Source of the DNA: Prorocentrum cordatum | Taxonomy: Eukaryota | Length of the DNA: 64,000 bases | Direction: 5' to 3' | Assembly: GCA_963575745.1 (NCBI GenBank) | Contig: CAUYUJ010000301.1 | Span: 1 to 64,000, forward strand | Shown: positions 10,631 through 22,200 of the stretch, piece by piece | Position numbering within the stretch: the stretch's first letter is position 1 | Layout: each line of letters begins with the position of its first letter | Program-made: the position numbers and the translations under genes | Notes under the pieces: model-generated | Seen by the model: only the letters and a program-made list of their open reading frames with translations | Databases searched by the model: none | Told to the model about the DNA's origin: nothing

Positions 10631-12696
10631 CACCCGAGAGCAGTGATGCTGCGTCCTCGCCTCCGTGCTGGCCAGAAGCGCAGAGGGCATCCATCCGCGG
10701 TTTCCAAAACAGAGGCCCCCCTCGCCCGAGTGGCGGGCCCAAAGGGGGCGGTCGTCGTTCAGGCGGGCGCCCCCCGCAACTCAGGAAGGACGGCTGAGCG
10801 GGACTGCCGAGAGGGGGCACTCGGGACCTCTGAGAAGGTGCACTGCAGCATCGTTGGTGCACCCTCGGCTCACTGAAAGTCCGCCTCCTCCTCCTCCTCC
10901 CCCCCCCCCGCCTCCCCGTCCTCGCAGTTTTCCTTGCCGCTCTCCACGTGGCTCCTCCCAGTAGTCCTCCTTCTCCTCCTCCTCCTCCTCCTCCTCCTCC
11001 TCCTCCTCCTCCTCCTCCTCCTCCCTCCCTCCTCCTCCTCCTCCTCCTCCTCCTCCTCGTTATCCTCCTCCGCCTCCTCCTCCTCCTCCTCCTCCTCCTC
11101 CTCCGTCTCCTCAGTTTGATTGTAGTGTTCTTCCCCTCCCGTTTCTCGTCCTCGTGCTTATCGCCGTTGTCCTCCTCCTCCTCCTCCTCCTCCTCCTCCT
11201 CCTCCTGTTGCTCCTCCACCTCCTCCTCTTCCACGTCATCCTCTCCTCCCTTATGGCCCTTCAGTCGCATTCCCTGGCGCGCCCTCCCCGCGCCAGCGAG
11301 GGAGCAGCACCTCGGAAGCCGCGCTCGGGCGACACCCGCCGAGCCAGCAGGGGAAAAGGGCGGGCACAGGCCCGCCAGCTGCTTGACAGGCTTGCCTCTG
11401 ATCAGGTCTGGGATGTGTATTGATCTTCGGGCAGCTGCGCGAGGCACCAACTTCGGCGGCGAAGTTTGCACGCCTGCAGTCGTGGGGGGGAGGCGAAGAG
11501 GGGAGGCCCGAGGAGGGGAGAGGGAGGAATGGGGAAGGGGGGGGGAGACGGGGAAGGGAAGGCGACAGCAAGAGAAACGTGGAGGTGAAAAGGGGGAAGA
11601 GGAAGGGGGAGGGAGACGGGAGATCAGCGTGGCGGAAGGCGGGGGGACGGGAGGGGAGGAGAAGGGCCCGACCGTCTCCCTCCTCCCCTGCTCCACGTCC
11701 ATCCGTCCACATCCTTCTACTCCTCCTCTTCGCCCCTTCCTCCCCATGTTCATTCCTCCTCCTCCTCCTCCTCCTCCTCCTCCTCCTCCTCCTCCTCCTC
11801 CTCCTCCTCCTCCTCCTCCTCCTCCTCCTCCTCCTCCTCCTCCTCCTCCTCCTCCTCCCCTCCTCCCTCCTCCTCCTCCTCCTCCTCCTCCTCCTCCTCC
11901 TCCTCTCCTCCTCCTCCTCCTCCTCCTCCTCCTCCTCCTCCGTCTCCTCCTCGTCCCTCCCCACCCAGTCTGCCGCGCGCAAACGCGGCGCGAAGCCGCT
12001 CAAGCGGCGGCGCGCGCGGCCAGGGCCGTCGCGCCCGGGCCGTCGCAGCCGCTCTCGGGGGCAGCAGTCGAGGCCCAGCGCGCGCGGCTCGATTCGCGCG
12101 CGGCGACGGGAACCTGGCGCCCGACGCGCTAATCCACGAAGGCAGCGCACAGCGGGCGGCAGGCGCGCCGGGCCGCAGCGCCGTGGAGCTACGGCGCTGC
12201 GCGCAACACCAACATGAACAACTGGTCGGCGAGCCCGTAGTTGGCCGCGCCAGAGATATGTCATCCGCCGCCAGCCGGCCGGCCAGCGAGGTCGCTCTGC
12301 CCGGCGGCCGCGCGGCTGCCCGCCCACCCGCGGCGCCGGCGCATCCTCGGGCACTGGGCGCCAGAACTGTTGTTCCAAATCAAGCCGCCCTTCGCCACGG
12401 GGGACCACGAGCGCGACGACGCGCAGCTCCGGCCCGACTGAGCGGCGGCCTTCGCCAGGGCGAGTCGGGCCCCCGCGACGCGGCGCGAGGTGCCTCGGCA
12501 AGGCCGATGGCACCAAGTACGTCGAGCGAATATTTTGCGGAGCCCTCTCGCGCCCAGGACCCGCGGCGCCCCCTGCGACGCGCGCCCTTCGTTCCTTGCA
12601 GCAGGCAGCGGGCGACCTCTGGTCGCTGCGCATCATCGCCCGGGGCAGTCAGTCCCAGGCCGCGCGGCACGGGCCCCCGAAGACCCCGGCGCCCAA

Positions 12697-13503
12697 TTCG
12701 CCGGCCCAACGGGCCAGAGGCGTGCTAAGATCTCCGGTAACTGGTTAACAATTTTCTAGTTCGCGCGCGCGGGGCGGCCCCTGGGGGTCCCCGGACGAAA
12801 AGTACCCCGACCAGGTCCCGGCCGGGTCCCCCCGAGCGCTCCATGAGCGCACCAACAGGGCTCCGAGACGTCCCCGAGAGCCCCAAGAAAGGCCAAGAGG
12901 CCCCCAAGAGGCCCCCAAGATGGTACACGAGGGGTCCGACATGCCACAAGATCGCTCCAAGACGCCCAAGATAGCCCCCAGACGCCCCAAGAGGCCTCCA
13001 AGAGCACTCCCAATAGGGCCCCCGGAGGCAAAAATCATTGTTTTTCCATAGGTTTTTGAGAGATTTTGGAGCTTCCACCTTTTCGGCTTCCCGACGCCCC
13101 AAGACGGCCCAAGAGGCCCCCAAGATCGCCCCAAGAGGGCCCAAGAGGCACCCAAGAGGGCCCCAAGATGGCCCAAGAGGGCTCGAAGACGGCCCAAGAA
13201 GCCTCCAAAACGGTCCAAGAGGGCCCCAAGAACGCCCCCAAAGGGGCCCCAGAGAGGGAACACGAAACAACATTTCGAGCCCTCGGCCCTAAGAAGCCCC
13301 TACGAGGCCCCTAAGAGGCCCCAAGAGGCCCCCACGGGGCCCTCAGGAGGCCCCCAAGAGTCCCCCAAATGCCCCCCCGAGCGCCCCAGGAGTCCCCCAA
13401 GCGGCCCCAGGAACCCCCAAAGCGCCGCATTGACACCAGGCCCTCAGGCAAACGGCAGACATGAGACTGTATGGGCCGGCGGAATGAGCGAAGCGATTAA
13501 ATA
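12697..13503 (+). mobile_element. Non-autonomous element with CCCAAGA-periodic body, copy 1
   Basis: Left motif TTCGCC.GC.CAACGGGCCAGAGGCGTGCTAA...TTCGCGCGCGCG...TGGGGGTCCC and right motif TGGGCCGGCGGAATGAGCGAAGCGATTAAAT. Both are shared with 54751-55861. Confidence 0.7.
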
Positions 13504-14135
13504 ACATTGCCAGCCTGACACCCGGCGGAGGTCGCGTCGCTTGTCGCGCAAGCACTGCGCATGGCCAACGCGCGCGCCGCGCAGCTGGCCGCCGTCGTCG
13601 CGCAGGGTGGCATCGAGCCCGGAATGTGGGCCTGGCCCGCCAAGGGAAGGCCCCCCCTCGCCAAGCTCCGCGGGCGCGGCCACCATCAAGATCTAGGCCT
13701 GGCGGCAGTCGTTGTTCTTGCGCGCGGCTGCCAAGACCGCGGGCTGGTCTCCGAGCCAGGTCAAGTCAAGGCCACTGGCGGCCGATCCTCTGCGCCAGCC
13801 GACGTTGCCCAGCGCGCGCAGACGAAACGGGCGAGCATCTGGAGCGGCGCCGAGTGCGAGAGCAGCCCCAGTGACTCGGATAGCCCCATGGACGCGACGC
13901 GCCAACCGCAGGACCTCGACGCCTTCGCGGTCACAAGCGCGCCCCTGCAGTCGGCGGCGCAGCTTCGCGCGGCCCCCCGCGCCTCCCCGCGGGCAGCGCG
14001 GCTAGGGCCCCATGCCTTTCACCCCGGGCAACGCCGGCCAGTCGCCGCCACTGCCGTCGGCGCTCGGTCTCCAGCCGCGCGCGTCGGAGCTCCGGGGGCT
14101 GCCGGCCGAGGCGGGCGCCGATGGCCCGCGTCACT

Positions 14136-14290
14136 GAAGGGGCCCTGGGACACACATATAAATAAACACAAAAAACAAGATTCCACATATTATCCTATAT
14201 GCTCTTGGTTTTTTGTCTCCCCCCCAAATCCCATAGATTCGAATATTTCCTGGGGAATCGACGATTTAATTGTGTCCGCGCGTTTTTTCC
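14136..14290. repeat. Dispersed ~155-bp AT-rich repeat family, copy 2
   Basis: Homologous to 10476-10630. Confidence 0.6.
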
Positions 14291-14549
14291 CTCCTGGATC
14301 GCAGCGCTGGGCGAAGGCGACGAAGAGCTGGAGGCCGAACTCAAGGCCGCGCCCTCGCGCGCTCTCTCTCTACGGGCCGCGGGCCATCGCGAGAGCCATC
14401 GCAGTCAGGCAGCAGGCCGCGCGCCGCCAGCTGCCGCAGCTCGACCGCGGGGCAGGCCGGCCCCCAGCCCGCAATCCACGTCGCCAGTCGAGCATTGGCG
14501 CAGAGCGACGCGGACGACGAGGACACCGCCACGCCGGCCCCCCCCCCCA

Positions 14550-16410
14550 TGGACATCGAGAGCTGCGTCGTCAAGGTCCACTGGGCAGGAACGGCCCCGC
14601 AGCGGCGGCCGCGGGCTTCGCGCTGCAGATCCTGCGCCTGGCCACCACGGCCCACCAGGCCCCGAGGAGGGCCACGCGGGCGGGGCGATCCTCGACGGGC
14701 GCGCGACCTGCCCCAAGGATCCTGCCCACTTGCGTTTCCGCCTCGGGCACCCTGCAGGTCTTCGCGAGGAACCCGCGTGCCAAATACGTCGGGAGTGACG
14801 TCGATCGCCCCATGCCGGTTTGCCGCCTGGGCGTCTACGCAGACGACCTCACGGAGGCGCTGCAGGGCTCGGGGGCGGACTCCATCGGGCGCGCAGGCGA
14901 CGTCCTCACGACCTAACCTGCAAGCTGCGCGACGAGCTCTGGCATCCATCGGCGGCCACGCGGCGATCGCCAGAGCCCCGCAGTCCTACGACGGCTGGAA
15001 GATCGCGCGCAGCTTCCGTCAGCGTGGCATCCGCTTCGTCGGCTCCATGAACATCCTCGGCGCGGAGGCGTGAACTGACCGCCTGCCGCGCTCCGCTGTC
15101 CTCCGCCAGCTGCCCTCTGCCCGCGCCAAATTTGACAGATGCGCAAACTGTGCGGGGGGTCATCATGATTACCGCGGCCGCAGTGCCAGCGACTACGCGG
15201 GCGCGGCACGGGTATCCCGGGCGCCCCACCGCCAGCGGCGCACCAGACACAAAGCCCCCGAGAGGCGGCGACAGGCCGCGCGCCGCCCGTCACCCAGGCG
15301 TCAGATGGACTGACTCGACCGACGGCATGATCAACATATCCCAGCCTGGGCGGCCCCCATCCAGCGCTGGGCCTGTCCCGCGGCCTGCCCTAGGCTTCGC
15401 GGCGGCGGCAGCCGCAGGTCCTGCGCGCGGCGGCTGATCTACGGCAGTGCGTGGCGGTGCCGACTGACGGGGCCATCGCGGCGGCGAAGGACATCGGGTG
15501 GATCCCGACATCTTCGACAGCCCGGCGCGCGCGCAGGGCGAGATCCTGCCCCTCGAACGCGAGGCGTCGGCCGCAGTCAGAGCGCCCCACCTGCGGGGTG
15601 GCACGGCACCGCGCTGGGCGCATCCTGCGCAGGAGTGCGAGGAGGCGCCTGGGGGCGCGCCGACGCCCCGAGACAAGCTGGGCCACTGGGTCAAGACGCC
15701 ACAGGAACTGCGCAAACCTTGGCGACCCACGCGGCGGAGGCTTGTAGACGCGGCTCAGGAGGGCCACGCGCTCAGTCCGTCGTCATCGTCGCGCACTGGA
15801 CCAGGAAGGGGAGTGGCGCAGCCCAGCGGCGCAGACCGCGACGAATGCCTCCCGCGCGGAGCTGCGGGTCACCCTTCACCACTGTTGCGGACGGCGGCAC
15901 GGCGCCTCGGCCGAGATGTGCGACCCCACCTCAAAAAATGGCGACGCACGAGGAGGCCTGCGCCGCAAACGCGGCCTCCCGATTCTGAACGCGGGCGCCG
16001 AGGGCGCGCGCTGCATTGCCAGCTCCAGGCCAGCGCGACGAGTCGGCAGCTGGCGACGCGGGCTCGGCCGAACAGACGACTTCATGACTGGGGATGGCTA
16101 CTACGACAGCAGCTGTCGCAGCCGCTGGCATTGGCCAGAAGCGGCGAGCGCGGGCCGGGGTCTCGTCGTCACTCGCCACAGCCAGGAAGTCGTCGGCCAC
16201 TGCGGCGCCCTCCCAGGTTCCGCTCAGACGTGGCCGCGGCCACAGCACCGGGCGGCCTTGCAGGCGTTCCGCGTCGCCGCCCCGCCGATCACGCTCTACT
16301 CGGGCCACCTGCCTTTCGTGCAAGCTGTCCTGTTCGTCACGGAATATGCCCTCGCTCCCGCGCGCGCCAAGCGTGCAAGCTGGGAACTGATCTCCGAAAA
16401 AGTACCTGGT
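14550..16410 (+). mobile_element. Decayed non-LTR retrotransposon: RT followed by RNase H
   Basis: RT motifs across frameshifts: DIESCVVKVHW, GFALQILRLA, AILDGRAT, GVYADDL (YADD at 14836-14847), MNILGAE. RNase H-like GALPGSAQT...ALQAFRVAAPPITLYSGHLPFVQ...WELISEK at ~16204-16401. Confidence 0.8.
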
Positions 16411-16904
16411 ACCTGGCTCTCGGCGGCGCCGGCGCCATACGCAGTAGGATCACAATGTTTTGGGAGGATGCCCGAGTGTCTCTTCGGTCTCTGTGCTATG
16501 TACCTAGCCACGGGTGCAATCGGTCTGCAGGCCCGCTGCCTGATGGTCTCTGCGGCCGTTCCGTGCTCTGTGCCCGGCCGCCTGCAGTCAAATTTGATTC
16601 GCATGCCCGCCTCTTACTTGTCTTTGCGGCCGATGTGGCCCGTGCCCGTTGCTGCAGTTACACCTGTCTCGCATGCCCGCCCTGACCTTCTCAGTGGCTC
16701 TGCGCATTGCGCCCGCCGCTGTGAGCGCCTGCTCGTTCACGGGTTCCCCTCCTCAGTGCAGGCACGCCACGCGGGACCCGCGGCTCAGGCCAGCATGTTT
16801 TGAGCCGAGCCCACTTGCAGCCTTGGCAGCTGCGGTCCCACTCGAACGGATGTGGGTGTTGGAGTGCTAGCACTCTGCGGATATTACGGAGAACCTCCTG
16901 GTCA

Positions 16905-16905
16905 C

Positions 16906-16973
<68 letters not shown>

Positions 16974-17199
16974 GCAGCATCATCGTCATCATCATCATCT
17001 GCATCATCAGCAGCATCAGCATCAGCATTATCAGCATCATCACCACCAGCATCATTAGCATCATCACCACCAGCATCATCAGCATCACCATCATGATAAT
17101 CATGATCAGCATCATCATCAGCATCATCATCAGCATCATCATCAACATTCGCCGCTCCTCCTCCTCCTCCTGTTCCTCCTGCTCCTCCTCCTCCTCATC

Positions 17200-17231
<32 letters not shown>

Positions 17232-17310
17232 CATCACCACCACCATCATCATCATCATCATCATCATCAGCATCATCATCATCATGGTCCTCCTCCTCCT
17301 GCTCATCCTC
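16905..17310. repeat. (CAT/CAG/CCT)n compound microsatellite
   Basis: Direct reading. Confidence 0.9.
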
Positions 17311-17399
17311 CTCTTCGCTCCCGCATTATCCCTCACCGCCCCTTATTCACCCTTCCTCTCTCTTTCTCTCCCTCCCAACTCCCGCTCCTCCCACGGTAT

Positions 17400-19102
17400 G
17401 GCGAGCATCGAATCGAAATCGAGCGTTCAGTTGCAACAACCAGATGTGAGTCAAGCGGCATGCCTTAGAGAAAGTCTTTGCCTTCTCACCAGCATATGGC
17501 CTCCGCGCGCAAGATACATCAGCTGGCAATAAAAACAACACGACGATGAGATATTCCACAGGTCGGTACGCACATGCCTTACACCGACAACGGATCATGC
17601 TTATTATACACCCTGCAAGCTTTGCACTGTTGAAGCAAACACCACGTCTCACGTCTGGAACAGCAGCTGTGATATCGACGTCCCGCACCGAGCGCAGTAC
17701 ACGGGCAACAAACACATCTCAACACTGAGGACCGGTGACAGATCATGCGGCGGGTTCCGGACACCCTGAACCCAAAAATATCGTCATCTCTTGGAGGCGC
17801 ACCCTTTTACTACCGCCGCCTTCTGGCGGCCTGCCGCCTGCTTCAACCAACGGAACCGCCCTCGATTTTCTTCCGCCGCACTCCGCAGGCCTTCCGCCGG
17901 TTTACGCCGAGGAAGAGATGGCAACACCTCCGATCCTCACAGGCGAGGACCGTTCTGGAGCGCGCCGAATATTCATGTGACGCTCGACATGCGGAGGCGT
18001 CGCAGGGTCAATTAGCTGTGGCACCAGCGCGCGTCGAGCTTTGGCTGGGCCGAGAGTATACCATCAATGAAACGGACGGGCACACTAGAAAAACATCGCC
18101 AGTATCGCTGGATGGCCCACCAACATTATATTCGAAGGAAATATCCAAACAGAGGCGTGAGCGAAATAATGTTATCAGTGCTCGTTTTGCGATCGCTGCT
18201 CCTCGTTATGGTCTCGTTATGCCTTCGCTGCACAAACACATCATAACGAAAACGGTCCAGGAAGTAGCCAAAACACTGTTCAGCTCGAGCCCTAACTAGA
18301 GCTGCCTTCCAACTCCGCATCTGGAAAATCACCTCCGCCTGAAACCTCGCACACAGTCGGGCTTGATTGGACAAGACACGCGAAAGGACACGAGACACTT
18401 CCGAGGGCGACATTGCCATAGGAATGTAGAAAGCATGAGTTACGAGACACAGGACTCAAGGGTACCCTCGATTTGGCAGGGTCGACCTACTAATCATGGC
18501 CGACTGTATCTGACCAACCCGCTGGCGTGGATGGTTGAGCAAGTCACCTGCTCCAACAAAACCCCCTTCGGGTAGGAATTCACCACTAAGCGTACCCCTC
18601 CCGAAAGGCTGGGGCCTCCCCTCCCCTTCCGCCCCGCCACCACCCCTTCCACACACCCCTTCCGTCACCACCTCCATCCAACCCCACCCCACTCAGCGCG
18701 GCCGTGTTCGTGTGGCAAGACGCATGCCTGATGTGCGGCTGGATGCGCTTTTACTGTTGCCCGCACTGGCCCTTCAACTGAAAGATAAGCGGCACGACCT
18801 CTGCTGCAAAATCTAAAACGATTCACCACTCAGTGCTTGCATTCCCGCAGAGGTCGCTGCGGAAAGACAAGATTGAGACCTGTGGCAAGGAACGTGATTG
18901 AGCAAGCAGAAGAAAAAGCTCGGTCAATAAGTGTTTCAACATGTTTCATGACTGCCACACTTGGGTACCTCTTGGATACATCCGTTTTGCTCAGCACGCT
19001 CGCGCGTTCCTCTTCTGATTGCGTTGCCCTGTCGTCCCCCGACTTGAAAATATGGCGGGAGCTTGGTTTCTGCCTTACAACTTTCATCCCATGATGCACT
19101 AC
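17400..19102 (-). CDS. Probable further small exons of the minus-strand gene (unresolved)
   Basis: Unique sequence with exon-like segments, e.g. tag|VVHHGMKVV-AG|gc (19102-19074), cag|VSILSFRSDLCGNASTE-TG|gt, cag|AEVIFQMRSWK|gc. The chain could not be fixed uniquely. Confidence 0.35.
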
Positions 19103-19163
19103 CTACACCATGCTGGCGATCGGCCGCAAAAGGCGCCCGAAATGGAAACACGGCAACAACGGC

Positions 19164-19200
19164 CTGAGACGCACGGCAATCTGCGAATCGATGTGTAACC
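19164..19200 (-). CDS. exon (G)[12 protein letters not shown]
   Basis: Pyrimidine-rich ...ctgcag| acceptor, CAG|gc donor, phase 2->0. Completes the cupin motif. Confidence 0.65.
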
Positions 19201-22200
19201 CTGCAGTTGCGGATAAGAGTGAAGGGGCGGGCGTGGGGTGGGTCGCGGGTGGGTCGCGGGCGGGTGGTGGGTGGGTCGCGGGGTGGGTCGCGGGTGGGTC
19301 GTGGGTGGGTCGCGGGTGGGTCGCGGGTGGGTCGCGGGTGGGTCGCGGGCGGATCGCGGGTGAGTCGCGGGCGGGACGACTGAAACAAACAACAAACGAC
19401 AAACAATGAACAACAAGCACAACAACAACAGCAGCAGCAGCAACAACGAAAACAATCATGCTATAAATGCTCGTTCGTATCTGCTCGCGTGCTATTCAAC
19501 ACGTATATCCCAGACCCTCGATACCCGCCCTCTCCGTCTTCGATGGTACCCCCTTAGGGGCACATCTCTCTTACCTGCAACATTTATTTTCGTGCAACCC
19601 CTAGGGCAGGGGAAGAGAGAACGGATGGAGGAAAGGACAACGGGCAGGCCAGGCGGCGGGTTGCTGAAGCGCGCGTCCTGCATGAATCGTGAGGAAGTCT
19701 CGAGCGATAGCGCGATTCGCATGTGAATCGTGGGGAAATCCACACCGAGAGCGTGATTCCTGACGGTCGAGGGCGCGGCGTCTGAATAACTTGTGAGGAC
19801 GTCCCACGCGAGACTGCGACTCCTCTAGAAAGTGTGAGAAAGTCCCGCTCGACAGCGCGATCTGGGAATATCTTGTGACGAAGTGTAAGCCGCTGTTGTT
19901 GCAAACCAGAGGGCTGGAACACAGTTCGGTGAAACCTCACCATCCCTCGTAAAAGACTACGTGCGAGCCCCAGGGAGAAGCACTTTGATTGAAATGCAAA
20001 GGTTACCAGAAGGGGATCAACAATATTTTTGTTATACCTGAAAACTCAGAAACAACAACAACAACAACAACAACAAACCGGCGACGCTCGCTGGCGCCCC
20101 TATGATCGGAATAATCGGATCCGATTACTCCGATCATTGGATGATCGGAGTGATCGGATCCGATTATTCCGATCATTGGATGATCGGAATGATCGGATCC
20201 GATTAGTCCGATCATTGGATGATCGGAGTGATCGGATCCGATTATTTCGATCATTGGATGATCGGAATAATCAGATGCGATTACTCCGATCATCCAATGA
20301 TCGGATTACTACAATTCCGATTGTATTGGATGATCGGAATAATCGGATCCGATTACTCCGATCATTGGATGATCGGAATAATCAGATGCGATTACTCCGA
20401 TCATCCAATGATCGGAATACTACAATTCATTGTATTGGATGATCGGAATTAATCTTACTCCGATCATCCAATGATCGGAATAATCAGATGCGATTACTCC
20501 GATCATCCAATGATCGGAATACTACAATTCCGATTGTATTGGATGATCGGAATAATCGGATCCGATTACTCCGATCATTGGATGATCGGAATAATCAGAT
20601 GCGATTACTCCGATCATCCAATGATCGGAATAATCAGATGCGATTACTCCGATCATCCAATGATCGGAATAATCAGATGCGATTACTCCGATCATTGGAA
20701 TGATCGGAATAATCAGATGCGATTACTCCGATCATCCAATGATCGGAATACTACAATTCCGATTGTATTGGATGATCGGAATATTGGATGATCGGAATCC
20801 GATCCGATTACTCCGATCATTGGATGATCGGAATAATCAGATGCGATTACTCCGATCATCCAATGATCGGAATAACCAGCTGCGATTAATCCGATCATCC
20901 ATTGCTCGGAATAATCAGATGCGATTACTCCGATCATCCAATGATCGGAATACTAAATTCCGATTGTATGATCGGAATAATCAGATGCGACTACTCCGAT
21001 CATCCAATGATCGGAATAATCGGATCCGATTACTCCGATCATTGAATGATCGGAATAATCAGATGCGATTACTCCGATCATCCAATGATCGGAATAATCA
21101 GATGCGATTACTCCGATCATCCAATGATCGGAATAATCAGATGCGATTACTCCGATCATCCAATGATCGGAATAATCAGATGCGATTACTCCGATCATCC
21201 AATGATCGGAATACTACAATTCCGATTGTATTGGATGATCGGACTAATCGGATCAGAATACTCCGATCATTGGATGATCGGAATAATCAGATGCGATTAC
21301 TCCGATCATCCAATGATCGGAATAACCAGATGCGATTACTCCGATCATCCAATGATCGGAATAATCAGATGCGACTACTCCGATCATCCAATGATCGGAA
21401 TACTACAATTCCGATTCTATTGGATGATCGGAATAATCGGATCCGATTACTCCGATCATTGGATGATCGGAATAATCAGATGCGACTACTCCGATCATCC
21501 AATGATCGGAATAATCAGATGCGATTACTCCGATCATCCAATGATCGGAATAATCAGATGCGATTACTCCGATCATCCAATGATCGGAAAATAATTCTAG
21601 ATGCCGATTACTCGACATACATGATCTGTGGAATACTACAATTCCGATTGTATTGGTATGATCGGATTCGGATCCGATTACTCCGATCATTGGGATGTCA
21701 AAATAATCAGATGCAGATATATAACTAAATATATATCATCCAATGCTCGGAATAATCAGATGCGATTACTCCGATCATCCAATGATCGGAATAATCAGAT
21801 GCGATTACTCCGATCATCCAATGATCGGAATACTACAATTCCGATTGTATTGGATGATCGGTATAATCGGATCCGATTACTCCGATCATTGGATGATCGG
21901 AATAATCAGATGCGATTACTCCGATCATCCAATGATCGGAATTATCAGATGCGATTACTCCGATCATCCAATGATCGGAATAATCAGATGCGATTACTCC
22001 GATCATCCAATGATCGGAATACTACAATTCCGATTGTATTGGACGATCGGAATAATCGGATCCGGTTACTCCGATCATCCAATGATCGGAATAATCAGAT
22101 GCGATTACTCCGATCATCCAATGATCGGAATACTACAATTCCGATTGTATTGGATGATCGGAATAATCGGATCCGGTTTTACTCCGATCATGGGATGATC

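Larger units (their letters stand above)
9931..11950. repeat. Cluster of (CCT)n tracts (9931-10043, 10884-11250, 11754-11950)
   Basis: Direct reading. Confidence 0.9.

Noticed and set aside
17900..18150. Retroviral-type aspartic protease (SDTG...VRIGGV) on the minus strand
   Set aside because: The motifs are in different frames and the context is poor; more likely host exons and introns.
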